Assembly (NCBI GenBank): GCA_038087875.1
Contig: CM075988.1
Span: 2,604,001-2,668,000 of the forward strand
Direction of reading: 5' to 3'
DNA: 64,000 nucleotides
Source of the DNA: Malacoraja senta
Lineage: Eukaryota
The translations under genes were made by a program, and so were the position numbers. Every line of letters starts with the position of its first letter. Positions within the stretch are counted from its first letter, which is position 1. Below the pieces are notes generated by a model, which searched no databases, had not been told where the DNA came from, and saw nothing but the letters and a program-made list of their open reading frames with translations. Shown one piece after another: positions 1 through 11,932 of this stretch.

Positions 1-384
1 ACATGGGGGGGGGGGGGACACAATTTCGTGGCGGACATGCGCACGCACACACGCGAGGCTTCGGCCGTGGGCCCTGTGGACGGTAACTTCGGAAGCTGAC
101 CTGGTTGGTGACCAACTCCGAACTCCAGCAACAGCAGCTTCGTCCGCCCCGAATCGCGGGCCTTTCATCGGCCGGCGGGGGCTTCAACATCGGGAGCCTC
201 GATCGCCTCGATGCAGCAGTTTGATTTTAAGCCACGCCGGGTACTGAAAGGCCCCGCAAACGGGCCGATTCAGCCCTTAGAAAGCGTCTGATAAAGTCCG
301 GTTTACAAAACATGGGGGGGATTGTCCCCTACCTCAAAGCATGGGGGGCGGCATTCTCCCCGTCCCCCCAGGATTTCCGCCCAT

Positions 385-965
385 GCCCGCTGTTCCAGGT
401 GTGACTCCCATATATCGGCGAGACCAAGCGCAGGCTTGGCGATCGTTTCACTGAACACCTCCGCTCAGTCCACCTAAACCTGCCTGATCTCCCAGTTGCT
501 AAATACTTTAACTCCCCCTCCCATTCCCACACTGACCTTTCTATCCTGGGCTTCTTCCAGTGTCAGAGTGAGGCCCAGCGCAAATTGGGCCTCACTCTGG
601 GCAACACTTCATATTTTGATTGGGCAACTTACACCCCAGCGGTATGAACATTGACGTCTCAACTTCAAGTTGCCCTTACTTTCTCTCTCTCTCCATCCCC
701 TCCCCCTTCACAGTTCTCCAACCAGTCTTACTGGCTCTGACTACATTTTATCTCTGCTTTGTCGTTACCTTCTCCCAACTAACAATGATTCCATTCCCTT
801 TGTCTTGTTTTCACATCTTACATTTCCTTATAAATACACTTCCTTATCTATGTACTTCCCACTACCCTGACATCTGAAGAAGGGTCTCGACCCAAAATGT
901 CATCTATTCCTTCTCTCCAGAGATGCTGCATGTCCTGCTGAGTTACTCCAGCATTTTGTGTCTAT
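385..965 (+). mobile_element. Penelope-like element (PLE) 3' fragment: GIY-YIG endonuclease remnant plus terminal repeat with degenerate hammerhead core
   Basis: Plus-strand translation gives ..IGETKRRLGDRFTEHLRSV..PDLPVAKYFNSPSHSHTDLSILG..LGNLHPSGMNI (GIY-YIG PLE C-terminus, frameshifted). CTGAAGAAGGGTCTCGACCCAAAATGTC at ~874-901. Confidence 0.8.
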
Positions 966-967
966 CT

Positions 968-1342
968 TTGAGGGTAAGGTTGTTCTGGCACCATTCAGTC
1001 AGACGATCTCCCTCCTGTATTCTGATTCATCTTTATCCATAATTTGTTCAACAACTGTGGTATCATAGATGAATTTAAAGAGTTAGAACTACACAGTCAT
1101 GGGTATAGAGTGAATAGAGCAGTGGACTGACCGCATAGCCTTGAGGTGTACTTGCGCTGATGATTAACAAGGAGGAAGTGTTGTTGCCAATTCTATCGAT
1201 TGTTTTCTTTTCATGAGAAAGTCGGGTGTTGAGGGGGTGATGGTGTTGAATGCCGAGCTGTAGTCAATTAACAACATCTTGACACGTGTTTTTATTGTCC
1301 AAGTGATCCAGTGGAGAGCCAGTCAGATTGCATCCTCCATTG
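968..1342 (-). mobile_element. Rex1/Babar-type LINE RT fragment (degenerate)
   Basis: Similar to the Rex1-type copy at 6323-7235 (the KF.DDTTVV, W..NNL.L and DYSSAFNTI regions on the minus strand). Confidence 0.65.
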
Positions 1343-3475
1343 ATACATAGATACATAGAAAATAAGTGCAGGAGTAGGCCATTCGGCCCTTCGAGCCTGC
1401 ACCGCCATTCAATATGATCATGGCTGATCATCCAACTCAGTATCCTGTACCTGCTTTCTCTCCATACCCCCTGACCCCTTTAGCCACAAGGGCCACATCT
1501 AACTCCCTCTTAAATATAGCCAATGAACTGGCCTCAACTACCCTCTGTGGCAGAGAGTTCCAGAGATTCACCACTCTCTGTGTGAAAAAGTTTTTTCTCA
1601 TCTCGGTCTTAAAGGATTTCCCCCTTATCCTTAAGCTGTGACCCCTTGTCCTGGACTTCCCCAACATCGGGAACAATCTTCCTGCATCTAGCCTGTCCAA
1701 CCCCATAAGAATTTTGTACGTTTCTATAAGATCCCCTCTCAATCTCCTAAATTCTAGCGAGTATAAGCCAAGTCTATCCAGTCTTTCTTCATATGAAAGT
1801 CCTGATTCCCAGGAATCAGTCTGGTGAACCTTCTCTGCACTCCCTCTATGGCTATAATGTCCTTCCTCAGATTTGGAGACGAAAACTGTACGCAATACTC
1901 CAGGTGTGGTCTCACCAAGACCCTGTACAACTGCAGTAGAACCTCCCTCCTCCTATACTCAAATCCTTTTGCTATGAAAGCTAACATACCATTCGCTTTC
2001 TTCACTGCCTGCTGCACCTGCATGCCTACTTTCAATGACTGGTGTACCATGACACCCAGGTCTCGCTGCATCTCCCCTTTTCCTAATCGGCCACCATTTA
2101 GATAATAGTCTGCTTTCCTGATTTTGCCACCAAAGTGGATAACCTCACATTTATCCACATTATACTGCATCTGCCAAACATTTGCCCACTCACCCAGCCT
2201 ATCCAAGTCACCTTGCAGTCTCCTAGCATCCTCCTCACAGCTAACACTGCCCCCCAGCTTAGTCACCCACAAACCTGGAGATGTTGCCTTCAATTCCCTC
2301 ATCCAGTTCATTAATATAAATTGTAAATAGCTGGGGTCCCAGCACTGATCCTTGCGGTACCCCACTAGTCACTGCCTGCCATTGTGAAAAGGACCCGTTT
2401 ACTCCTACTCTTTGCTTCCTGTTTGCCAGCCAGTTCTCTATCCACATCAATACTGAACCCCCAATACCGTGTGCTTTAAGTTTGTATACTAATCTCTTAC
2501 GTGGGACCTTGTCGAAAGCCTTCTGAAAGTCCAGATACAACACATCCACTGGTTCTCCCCTATCCACTCTACTAGTTACATTCTCGAAAAATTCTATAAG
2601 ATTCGTCAGACATGATTTACCTTTCGTAAATCCATGCTGACTTTGTCCAATGATTTCACCACTTTCCAAATGTGCTGCTATCCCATCTTTAATAAGTGAC
2701 TCTAGCTGTTTCCCCACTACCGATGTTAGACTAACTGGTTTGTAATTCGCCGTTTTCTCTCTCCCTCCCTTCTTAAAAAGTGGGGTTACGTTTGCTACCC
2801 TCCAATCCTCAGGAACTACTCCAGAATCTAAAGAGTTTTGAAAAATTATCACTAATGCATCCACTATTTCTGGAGCTAATTCCTTAAGTACTCTGGGATG
2901 CAGCCTATCTGGCCCTGGTGATTTATCGGCCTTTAATCCATTCAATTTACCTTCCCGACGAACCTGGATTTCACTCAGTTCCTCCATCTCCTTTGACCCG
3001 CGGTCCCCTGCTATTTCCGGCAGATTATTTATGTCTTCCTCAGTGAAGACGGAACCAAAGTAGTTATTCAATTGGCCCGCCATATCCTTGTTCCCCATGA
3101 TCAATTCACCTGTTTCTGACTGCAAGGGACCTACATTTGTTTTAACTAATCTCTTTCTCTTCACATATCTATAAAAACTTTTGCAGTCAGTTTTTATGTT
3201 CCCTGCCAGTTTTCTTTCATAATCTATTTTTCCCTTTCCTAATTAAGCCCTTTGTCCTCCTCTGCTGGTCTCTGAATTTCTCCCAGTCCTCTGGTATGCT
3301 GCTTTTTCTGGCTAATTTGTACGCATCATCTTTTGCTTTGATACTATCCCTGATTTCCCTTGTTATCCACGGATGCACTACCTTCCCTGATTTATTCTTT
3401 TTGCCAAACTGGGATGAACAATTTTTGTAGTTCATCCATGCTGTCTTTAAATGCCTTCCATTGCATATCCACTGT
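1343..3475 (-). mobile_element. CR1 LINE copy 1, 5'-truncated, young
   Basis: Minus ORFs 3217-3435, 2259-3164, 1754-2365 and 1437-1895 carry KSPGPD, YLDFQKAFDKVP, GVPQGSVLGP, RPHLEYCVQF and RTRGHSL motifs. Octamer-repeat 3' tail GATACATAGATACATAG at ~1343. Confidence 0.95.
1437..3435 (-). pseudogene. CR1 ORF2 (reverse transcriptase), frameshifted
   Basis: Four ORF pieces in different frames. The catalytic FADD motif is broken at ~2262-2278 relative to copies 2 and 3. Confidence 0.9.
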
Positions 3476-3806
3476 GATCTAGAGTCATTTAATATTTTGT
3501 TCCTATTGCAAGAGCAATGGGCTATAAGATAGGGCTATGATTAGACATCTCCAGTACTATACACATGCAAGGAAGGACAAAAATGCTTTGAAGCAGTTTA
3601 GAGGTTTACTGAGCGGATACCTGTAGCTACAGCTTCGAAGGGCTTGAGACACTGGATGCTGAAATTGTGGGATGGGTATTCCAGGATGCAAGATCAACCA
3701 CTTAATACTGAGCTGAAGAACTACTTACACCAGAAGGTTATGAATCTTTGAAGTTCCTTACCCCAAAACAACTGTAGTTATTCAGCAAGGTTCAGTTTAA
3801 CAATGA

Positions 3807-4057
3807 CATAGAAAATAGAACGGTACAGCACAGGAACAGGCCCTTCGCCCCACAATGTCCATTCTGTACATGCTGCCAAGTTAAAGTAATCTGTCTGTCT
3901 GCACATGATCCAAATCACTCAATTCCCTGTGTGTCCATGTGCATGTCTAAAAGCGTAAATGTCACTATCCTATCTGCCTCCACCATCATCCCTGACAGCA
4001 CGTTCTAGGCACTCACAACATGTGAAACTAAAATCTTGCCCCACACATCTCCTTTAA
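3807..4057 (-). mobile_element. Older CR1-type LINE 3' end
   Basis: ACATAGAAAATAGAACGGTACAGCACAGGAACAGGCCCTTCG tail followed by diverged CR1 3' sequence. Confidence 0.6.
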
Positions 4058-4649
4058 AAAATGAGAGGAAATAAGGGATGTGGAATGAGACAGGAACATG
4101 GTGTTTGAAGAGTTTGTTCTTACTGGGAATGGCAGGACAAGATCAGGAGCTGCTGTTTGCCTCTCGTTTCTTGCTTTATTCTCATGGACCCAGCACTACA
4201 CAAACTGTGGGTGAGGAATGTGCTATTTCAGGATACAGGAGAGGCTTACACAAATCCTGCTGAACATTGGCCACTGGCAACTCTTTTAAAGTCAGGAATA
4301 TCAGCTCTTGGATTGTTTATTGGTTGAAAAGAAAATTAAAATAGATTTTAGAATTGATATTACATCATGAAATCAAGTCTATTCTATGTACTGCTTCTTT
4401 GCCACTAGGGGTCAGGCAGAGACAGCTCTGGAGTTAGATACATACATAATGCAACACAGGCAGAACAATTGTTTCCTTCAGTTTCTACCCATCTATCTTT
4501 ATCTAATGCCAGCAGCATAACCTTTTGTGTGTGTCTCCTATTTTAATGTATCTGTGTCCATCACTCCTTCTGACCACAATCTGGATAAATACAATTGCCC
4601 TGGAATCCCCTTTGGATTTACTCTCTCCTGTTTACATTATCTTATAGAA

Positions 4650-5530
4650 AGGTGAAGCTAGTTGGCGAGGAGTAATCGAGTAGGTGTGAGGGAAAGTTGA
4701 GTGTATCATTCCCTTCGAAAGGAAGTATGAAAAAGCAAATTACGGGTGAAGTGGAGTGAGATTGCAAAATGTTGTGTTATTTAGGGATCTTAATGCATTG
4801 CATACATAGAGTTGACACCTAAATACAACAAATAGTTGCAAGGTTAATGAATGCTAGCCTTTGTTGAAAAGGGTATGGAGTATGAAGATTGGGAAGATTG
4901 GTTGCAATGTTGTCTGGCTTTGGTGTGTACTGCTCACAGTGTTGTCTCGTGGTTAAGGAAGCAATGCAGAGAAGGTTCAGTAGGCTGAACTGCTGGAGTG
5001 TAGATTGAGTCTGTACTCACTGGAGCTTGGGAGAAGAAGAGGTGATCCTACTGAAACAACATTGTGGGCAATTGGCAAGGTGGTGTTGCGAGGATGATTT
5101 CCCCAATTGGGGCATCAAGAGGAGGGGGCATGGTTTACGGGTAAGAGGTCAACTATTTCAGCGGGAGGTATTTCTATTTGAGGGCCATGAATCTTTGGAA
5201 TGGAATACTTTATTGTCACATGTCACTAGGCACAATGAGATTCTTTGCTTGCGTACCCAATGTATACAAATAGCGGCCACCTACGGGGCTGACAGTTACA
5301 AAGCACGCTGACTCCTTCTTTTGTTTCCCCCCCCCCACAGGGGTTCCCCCACGCCGGGAGCTGAGGACAATGAATATGTTCTTGGGAGAGATTGACAGGC
5401 AGATAAATACAAGATTGCCAGTAGATTTGAGGAGAGCAGGAGAAGGGTGCTGGATTGCCCATGATCTTATTAAATGCCCGGAGCAAGGTCACGGAGTGTT
5501 TGTCCAGTGCCTGCTCTTGCTTCTTATGCT
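4650..5530 (+). mobile_element. Degenerate CR1 ORF2 3' fragment interrupted by a short insertion (~5200-5365)
   Basis: Remnants of QRRF, YSLE and RRGHGLRVRG motifs and a CR1 3' UTR. Confidence 0.55.
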
Positions 5531-5599
5531 TCAACTAAATGCCTCAGTTTTGGCTTCTCTGAAAGTGTAAACATTTTGTCTGCATCTGCTCTAACCAGA

Positions 5600-6130
5600 A
5601 ATAAGACAGAGTTATACAGCATGGAAACCAGGCCAACTCTTCCATGCCAACCAAGATGTCCCATTTATGCTAGTCCTAATTGCCCACATTTGGCCAATAT
5701 CTGTCTAAATCTTTCCCATCCATATATTTGTCTGAATGTCTGTCAAACATTGTTATATTACCCACCTCACCTTTCCTCCAGCAGCTCGTTGCATATACCT
5801 TCTGTGTGGAAAATGATGCCCCTTAAGTTTCTACTAAATCTTTCCCCTCTCACCTTAAACCTATGACTTCTGGATATTGATTCCTCGACCCTGAGTAAAA
5901 TACTCTGTGTATTCACCCTACCTATTCTCATCATGATTGAGAGCTACAGTATAAGATCTCAACCTAGCCTGTAAATTCTGAATCTGCCCTCTCCTTATAG
6001 CTCAGGTCCAGGCAACATCCAGCACTCAGTTTAATGACATCCTTCCAACTGCAGGTTGACCAGAATTGAACACAATATTCCGTGCTGCCTCACCGACATC
6101 TTGGTCAATTGTAATATAAAATCCCAATTT
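5600..6130 (-). mobile_element. Older CR1-type LINE 3' fragment
   Basis: ATACAGCATGGAAACCAGGCC tail and CCAGAATTGAACACAATATTC (YCVQFW on the minus strand). Confidence 0.6.
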
Positions 6131-6134
6131 TTAT

Positions 6135-6315
6135 GGGTAGGTGACGTTTCAGGTCAGGACCTTTCTTCAGACAGGTACTTTGTGTTTTATACCTTTTGAA
6201 GAAGGGTCCTGAAATGAAACATCACCTATTCCTTCCACAGATACTGCCTGACCCACTGAGTTACTCCAGCATTTTACGTATTATCCAGGATTCCAGAATC
6301 TGCAGTTCCTTGTAT
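6135..6315. mobile_element. PLE-derived inverted-repeat element with hammerhead-like cores
   Basis: Minus 6141-6170 reads CTGAAGA-A-AGGTC-CT-GACCT-GAAACGTC. A plus-strand degenerate copy at ~6197 is followed by GATACTGCCTGACCCACTGAGTTACTCCAGCATTT, which also occurs at ~920-960. Confidence 0.65.
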
Positions 6316-6322
6316 CCTAACC

Positions 6323-7235
6323 TCAAGTCAAGTCAAGAGGGTTCATTGTCATGTGTCCCAGATAGGATAATTAAATTCTTGCTTGCTGCAGCACAACAGA
6401 ATATTTTAGGCATAAATACAGATCTGATCAGTGTGTCCATATACCATAGAATATATATATACACACGTAAATAAACCGATAAAGTGCAATAGGCTGTTAT
6501 AGTTCCGAGTTTGTTTGAAGTTGTGTTTAATAGTCTGATGGCTGTGGGGAAGTAGCTGTTCCTGAACCTGGATGTTGCAGTACCTTCTACCTGATGGCAG
6601 CGGTTAGATGAATGTGTGGCCAGGATGGTGTGGGTCCTTGATGATGCTGGCAGCCTTTTTGAGGCAGTGACCGCGATAGATCCCCTCGATGGTAGAGCCG
6701 ATGATCGACTGGGCAGTGTTTACAACTTTTTGCAGCCTTTTCCGCTCCAGGACGCTCAGGTTGCCGTACCAAACCACGATGCAACCAGTCAGCATGCTCT
6801 CTACTGTGCACCTGTAGAAGTTCGAGAGAGTCCTCCTTGACATACCGACTCTCCGTAATCTTCTCAGGAAGTAGAGGCGCTGATGTGCTTTCTTTATGAT
6901 TGCATCAGTCTTCTGGGACCAGGAGAGAGCTTTGTAAATATGCACGCCCAGGAATTTGAAGCTCTTGACCCTCTCCACCATCGACCCGTTGATATAAATG
7001 GGTCTGTGGGTCCCCTTCCTACCCCTTCCGAAGTCCACAATCAGTTCCTTGGTTTTGCTGGTGTTGAGAGCCAGGTTATTGTGCTGGCACCATTTGGTCA
7101 AACGGTCAATCTCACTTCTATACTCTGACTCGTCCCCATCTGTGATACGTCCCACAACAGTGGTGTCGTCGGCGAACTTGATGATGGAGTTCGCACTATG
7201 TCCGGCTACGCAGTCATGAGTATAGAGTGAGTATA
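6323..7235 (-). mobile_element. Rex1/Babar-type LINE 3' fragment
   Basis: ORF 6604-7155 (WCQHNNLALNTSKTKELIVDF, FKFLGVHI, KKAHQRLYFLRRL, FYRCTVES) and a (TCAAG)n tail at 6323. Confidence 0.9.
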
Positions 7236-7574
7236 CTCATATACTAATTTCTACTCTATACTAATTTCCCTGACTGATGAAGACCAGCATGCCGAAAACC
7301 TCCTTCACCTCCCTGTCTATCAGTGACGCCACTTTCAGGGTTCTATATACTTACTCCAAGATACCTCTGCTCTACACATTCTCCAGGGTACTACCATTCA
7401 CTTGAAGACCCTTCCCTGGTTTGGTTTACCATGGTCTGACTTCCCAAAATGCAAAACTTCACAAATCTATATCTATCTATCAATACTATTACTAAAACTC
7501 TCATCTTGTCCTCTTCCGGATTCCGTTGTTTTTAAATTTGCACAGAAACGGTACCCTGTATCGCTAGGATTTGA

Positions 7575-8785
7575 GTCCAGAAGCCGTGAGTGAGTGAACT
7601 GTGAGTCCAGAAGCCGTGAGTGAATGAACTGTGAGTGCAGAAGCTGTGAGTGAACTGTGAGCCCACCAGCTGTGAGTGAGTGAACTGTGAGCCCACCAGC
7701 CGTGAGTGAACTGTGAGCCCACCAGCTGTGAGTGAGTGAACTGTGAGCCCACCAGCCATGAGTGAGTGAACTGTGAGCCCACCAGCCATGAGTGAACTGT
7801 GAGCCCACCAGCCGTGAGTGAGTGAACTGTGAGCCCACCAGCCGTGAGTGAACTGTGAGCCCACCACCCATGAGTGAGTGAACTGCGAGCCCTCCAGCCG
7901 TGAGTGAGTGAACTGTGAGCCCACCAGTCATGAGTGAGTGAGTGAACTGTGAACCCACCAGCCGAGTGAGTGAGTGAACTGTGAGCCCACCAGCCGTGCG
8001 TGAGTGAGTGAACTGTGCGTCCACCAGCGTGAATGAGTGAACTGTGAGTCCACGAGCCATGATTGAGTGAACAGTGAGCCCACCAGCCAGGAGTGAGTGA
8101 ACTGTGAGCCCACCAGCCGTGAGTGAGTGAACTGTGAGCCCACCAGCCATGAGTGAGTGAACTGTGAGTCCACCAGCCATGAGTGAACTGTGAGCCCACC
8201 AGCCATGAGTGAACTGTGAGCCCACCAGCCGTGAGTGAGTGAACTGTGAGTCCACCAGCCATGAGTGAACTGTGAGCCCACCAGCCATGAATGAACTGTG
8301 AGCCCACCAGCCGTGAGTGAGTGAACTGCGAGCCCACCAGCCGTGAGTGAGGGAACTGTGAGTCTACCAGCCATGAGTGAACTGTGGGCCCACCAGCCAT
8401 GAGTGAACTGTGAACCCACCAGCCGTGAGTGAGTGAGTGAACTGTGAGCCCACCAGCTGTGAGTGAGTGAGTGAACTGTGAGCCCACCAGCCATGAGTGA
8501 GTGAACTGTGAGTCCACCAGCCATGAGTGAGTGAACTGTGAGCCCACCAGCCGTGAGTGAGTGAACTGTGAGCCCACCAGCCGTGAGTGAGTGAACTGTG
8601 AGTCCACCAGCGTGAGTGAGTGAACTGTGAGTCCACGAGCCGTGATTGAGTGAACTGTGAGCCCACCAGCCGTGAGTAAGTGAACTGTGAGCCCACCAGC
8701 CGTGAGTGAGTGAACTGTTAGCCCACCAGCCATGAGTGAGTGAACTGTGAGCCCACCAGCCATGAGGGAGTGAACTGTGAGTCCA
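7575..8785. repeat. Minisatellite (~26-34 bp unit GTGAGTGAGTGAACTGTGAGCCCACCAGCC) inside Helitron unit A
   Basis: Roughly 40 tandem units with a variable number of GAGT tetramers. It produces the spurious repetitive ORFs at 7473-8944. Confidence 0.95.
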
Positions 8786-9180
8786 AGAATCCATTCGGCC
8801 CACAATGTCTATACTAGCCCTCTGGAAACCAGTCCCTTCGGCCCACAGCACCCATACTGGCCCTCCAGAAACGCCCCGCCCCCACTGGCCACCGCCTTTA
8901 TCTGTCCCACTCTCCCGGCTGCAGGATGCTCCCCCCTCGCCCACCAGCTCCCAATAGCCCCGCCTGAAGCCTTGCTCCTCCCCAGGACGCAGGACACTCC
9001 CCCCACCGGCCCCCGCCTGAAGCCTACCCCGTCCCCGGCTGTAGAAGGCAACAAGAAAGAATGGACTGAATAAATCTCTTTAACGTTTCAATTGTTGTTA
9101 TATTTTAAAAGTTATTCACATTTTAAGCTTTAATAAATCCCCTTTCCACTTGCCGTGCCCGTCAGCTGCACCTGCACAGT

Positions 9181-10057
9181 AATTCAATTCAATTCAATTC
9201 AATTTATTTATCTTTTGGACAAATTTGTCATTTTGACCCCTTGAGGTCCAAACGAAATGTCGTTTCTGCAGCCATACAATACAAAACGAAGAAGACCCGA
9301 GACACAACACAATTTACACATACATCCATCACAACGCTGTGATGGAAGGCAAAAAAAAATGTATCTCTCCACTGCACTCCCCCCCCCCCGATGTCAGAGT
9401 CAAATGCAAAGCCCCCGGCGGGCGATGGTGATTATCCCGCGGCCATTAAAGCCACGCCGGGTGATGCAAGGTCGCGCACCGGGTCTTGGTGTTAGAGCCC
9501 CGGCGCGCGCCCACAAAGTTCGGCGGCCATTCCAAGCCGCGCGGGGGGATAAAGCCCCGCTCCAGGTGCTCTTCAACCCCGCAACTCGGGCGGGAGAAGT
9601 CGCCGCTGCGGAAGCCCCGAAAAGCGGTCTCCCACCAGGGGACCCGCGGGCTTCCAGTGTTGCCGTCCGCCAGACCCGCGGTTGTAGCCTCCGAATCTCC
9701 GGGGGTCGGGTCGCAGCAGCGCTCCACCACAGCTCCACCCGCTCCGGACTCGGCCAGCCCCGTGACGGTGAGTAGTCCGCAGCTCCACAACTGGAGCCCC
9801 AGGTCGTTCCTGCTGGAGGCCGCTCCACGTTGCCCAGCCCCAACGACAACGGAGACCCGACAAAGAAAAGGTCGGGTCTCCCGTGCAGGGGAAAGATTTC
9901 AAAGTTCCCCCCCCCCCACCCCCACCCCCACCCCCCCACACACATACCCCGACAAAAAAAATAATACAAAACGACATAAAAACGAGACAAAAATAATAAA
10001 AAAGACAGACGGACTGCAGAGGCCGCTGCAAACGAAAGTCGCGCCGCCCACCAAAAA
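9181..10057 (-). mobile_element. Non-autonomous retroposon with a Rex1/Babar-like 3' end, inserted in Helitron A
   Basis: (AATTC)n tail at 9181-9203. The minus-strand 3' end GAAACGACATTTCGTTT..ATGACAA..AATAAATTGAATT resembles the Rex1-type tail at ~24690-24757. Absent from Helitron unit B. Confidence 0.55.
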
Positions 10058-10374
10058 AGTCGCTGCGTGTTCTTTGTCACAATGGGAGGGAATGGCTGCG
10101 CGCTGGAGAGCCGCTAAGAGTGGATGGGGGGGGTGGTTTGAGGGGGGGGGGGATGGAGTGAGTGCATGGGGGGAGGGCAAGGGGTGGAGTGGGGGGGGGT
10201 GAGGTGAGGAGGGGGGATCGGGGTGTCAAAACGTGAACCCGTCAGCCGCGCCTGCGCAGTTGGGGGTTATGCATGAGTGGTGGAATATTGGAATTGGTGG
10301 AGAGGTGGAATATTGCATTGAGGGACCAGGCCTCCTGTGTGAGAATGGGACCCAACAGGAACCACTTAGTCTAG

Positions 10375-11748
10375 TATATTTATAAAACTCTCATCTTGTC
10401 CTCTTCCGGTTTGCGTTGTTTTTAAATTTGCGCAAAAATGATATCAGATAGCGCTACAATTCTTTGCCACCTTACTCGCCATTCTCCTGTGCTGCAAGTG
10501 CATCAAGTTTTGTTCCGATCGGCGAAATATTACAAAAGTTATTGGTCTTCTCTACTGTCATTCGCCGGGACGGCGACACCGCTTCCAGCACCCGCTGTCC
10601 ATCACCGGCTGCGAGAATAAAGCTGAAGGCTGTGGGCGGGGCGGGCTGTGTTCGCGGCGGGGAGATCAGCACGACGAGCTGGTAGCCGCCCAGTGCGGTA
10701 GGAGCCGGGGACGGGAGCCGCTGAGTGAGTGCGGTCACACACACCACCTTCCCACAACCCCTCCCCCCCACCACACATACCCCTCCCCCACTCCCACATA
10801 CACACCCTCCTCTCCCCCCACAAATCCCCCTCCCCCCACATCCCCCGCCCACAAACCCCGCTCCCCCCCACATGCCTCCCGCCCACAAATCCATCCCCTC
10901 CCCCCACACCGCTCCCCCACAGCCCCACTTCCCCATACCCCCTCCCCGACACCCCCTCCCCATACAACCCTTCCCCCAGCGGCAGCGGTAGGCCACGCCA
11001 GTGGCAGGGGCAAGCAGCGGCAGAGGTAGGCAGCAGCAGGGGTTGGCCATATTTTAAGAGTTACTAGACCAAGTGCAGACCCGTTGGGTCTGTTCCCCAA
11101 TGCACGTTTGTGGGGGGGGGGGCGGCATGCGGCATCACACACACTAACCACCCCCACACACACACACACTAACTACCCCCCTTGATATTATATTAATATT
11201 ATCAATTTGCTTATTTTACCCCATAACCGCCTTATCCACTGACGCATAGCCCCCAACTCGCAGGCGCGTCTAGAGAGGGAGGGGGGTAGAGAGTGGGGGC
11301 AGAGAGAGAATGGGGAGAGACAGAGTTTTTGCATCTGGTTTTCGAGGAGATACGTTTCAAAAGCAAAATTACACACACACACACACAGAGTTTTAAAAGT
11401 ATATAGATTCACATTTTAAGCTTTAATAAATCCCTTTTCCACTTATCGTGCCCGTTAGCTGCGCCTGCTCAGTAATACCTCCGTGTTCTATGTCACAATG
11501 GGAACCCAATGGGCGAGAATGGCCGCTAAGAGTGGATGGGGGGATTGAGGGGGTATGGAGTGAGTGCGTGGGGGGGGGCAACAGGCGGAGTGGGGGGGTG
11601 AGGGGAGGAGCCGGATCAGCGGCGTCACAACGGGAACCCGTCATCCATGCCTGCGCAGTTGGGGACTATGCGTGAGTGGCGGAATATTGCATTGTGGGAC
11701 CAGGCCTCCCGTGTGAGAATGGGACCCAACGGGTCCCACTTAGTCTAG
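10375..11748 (+). mobile_element. Non-autonomous Helitron, unit B (its first 4 nt TCTA probably at 7476-7479)
   Basis: TATATTTATAAAACTCTCATCTTG head; perfect hairpin GGGACCC-AAC-GGGTCCC at 11721-11737, then CTAG at 11745-11748 followed by T. Confidence 0.8.
11064..11407 (-). mobile_element. Non-autonomous Helitron, unit C, nested in unit B
   Basis: Minus strand starts TCTATATACTTTTAAAACTC and ends with hairpin CAGACCC-AAC-GGGTCTG, CACTTGGT, CTAG. Inserted at A^T with no TSD; the empty site GTTA^TTCACATTTTAAG is present in unit A at ~9111-9127. Confidence 0.9.
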
Positions 11749-11932
11749 TACCATTTGCCATTCCTCGGTCCACATGGCCAGTGGCTCAAAATCCCACTGA
11801 AATTCCTGATACGCATCTTCACAATCCACGAGACACCACTATGATACACCAGGAATCTAGCCACCTGGATCCATGGTGATCAAATCTTCCAGAGCAGCTA
11901 ACTATGCAGAACCTTAGCAGTGCTCCTTCTTT

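Larger units (their letters stand above)
7480..10374 (+). mobile_element. Non-autonomous Helitron, unit A
   Basis: 5' A^TCAATACTATTACTAAAACTCTCATCTTG; 3' GGGACCCAACAGGAACC-ACTTAGT-CTAG^T. Homologous to unit B. Confidence 0.75.

Noticed and set aside
1..380. GC-rich start as a CpG-island promoter
   Set aside because: No linked gene; looks like a truncated repeat, family not identifiable.
7473..8944. Long ORFs (271-413 aa) with AGGLTVHS/HGWWAHSS repeats; also a CRISPR-like appearance
   Set aside because: Translation of a stop-poor minisatellite open in all three minus frames; no unique spacers.
9257..11169. Many overlapping Gly/Pro-rich ORFs
   Set aside because: Low-complexity GC-rich repeat interiors with no domain motifs.
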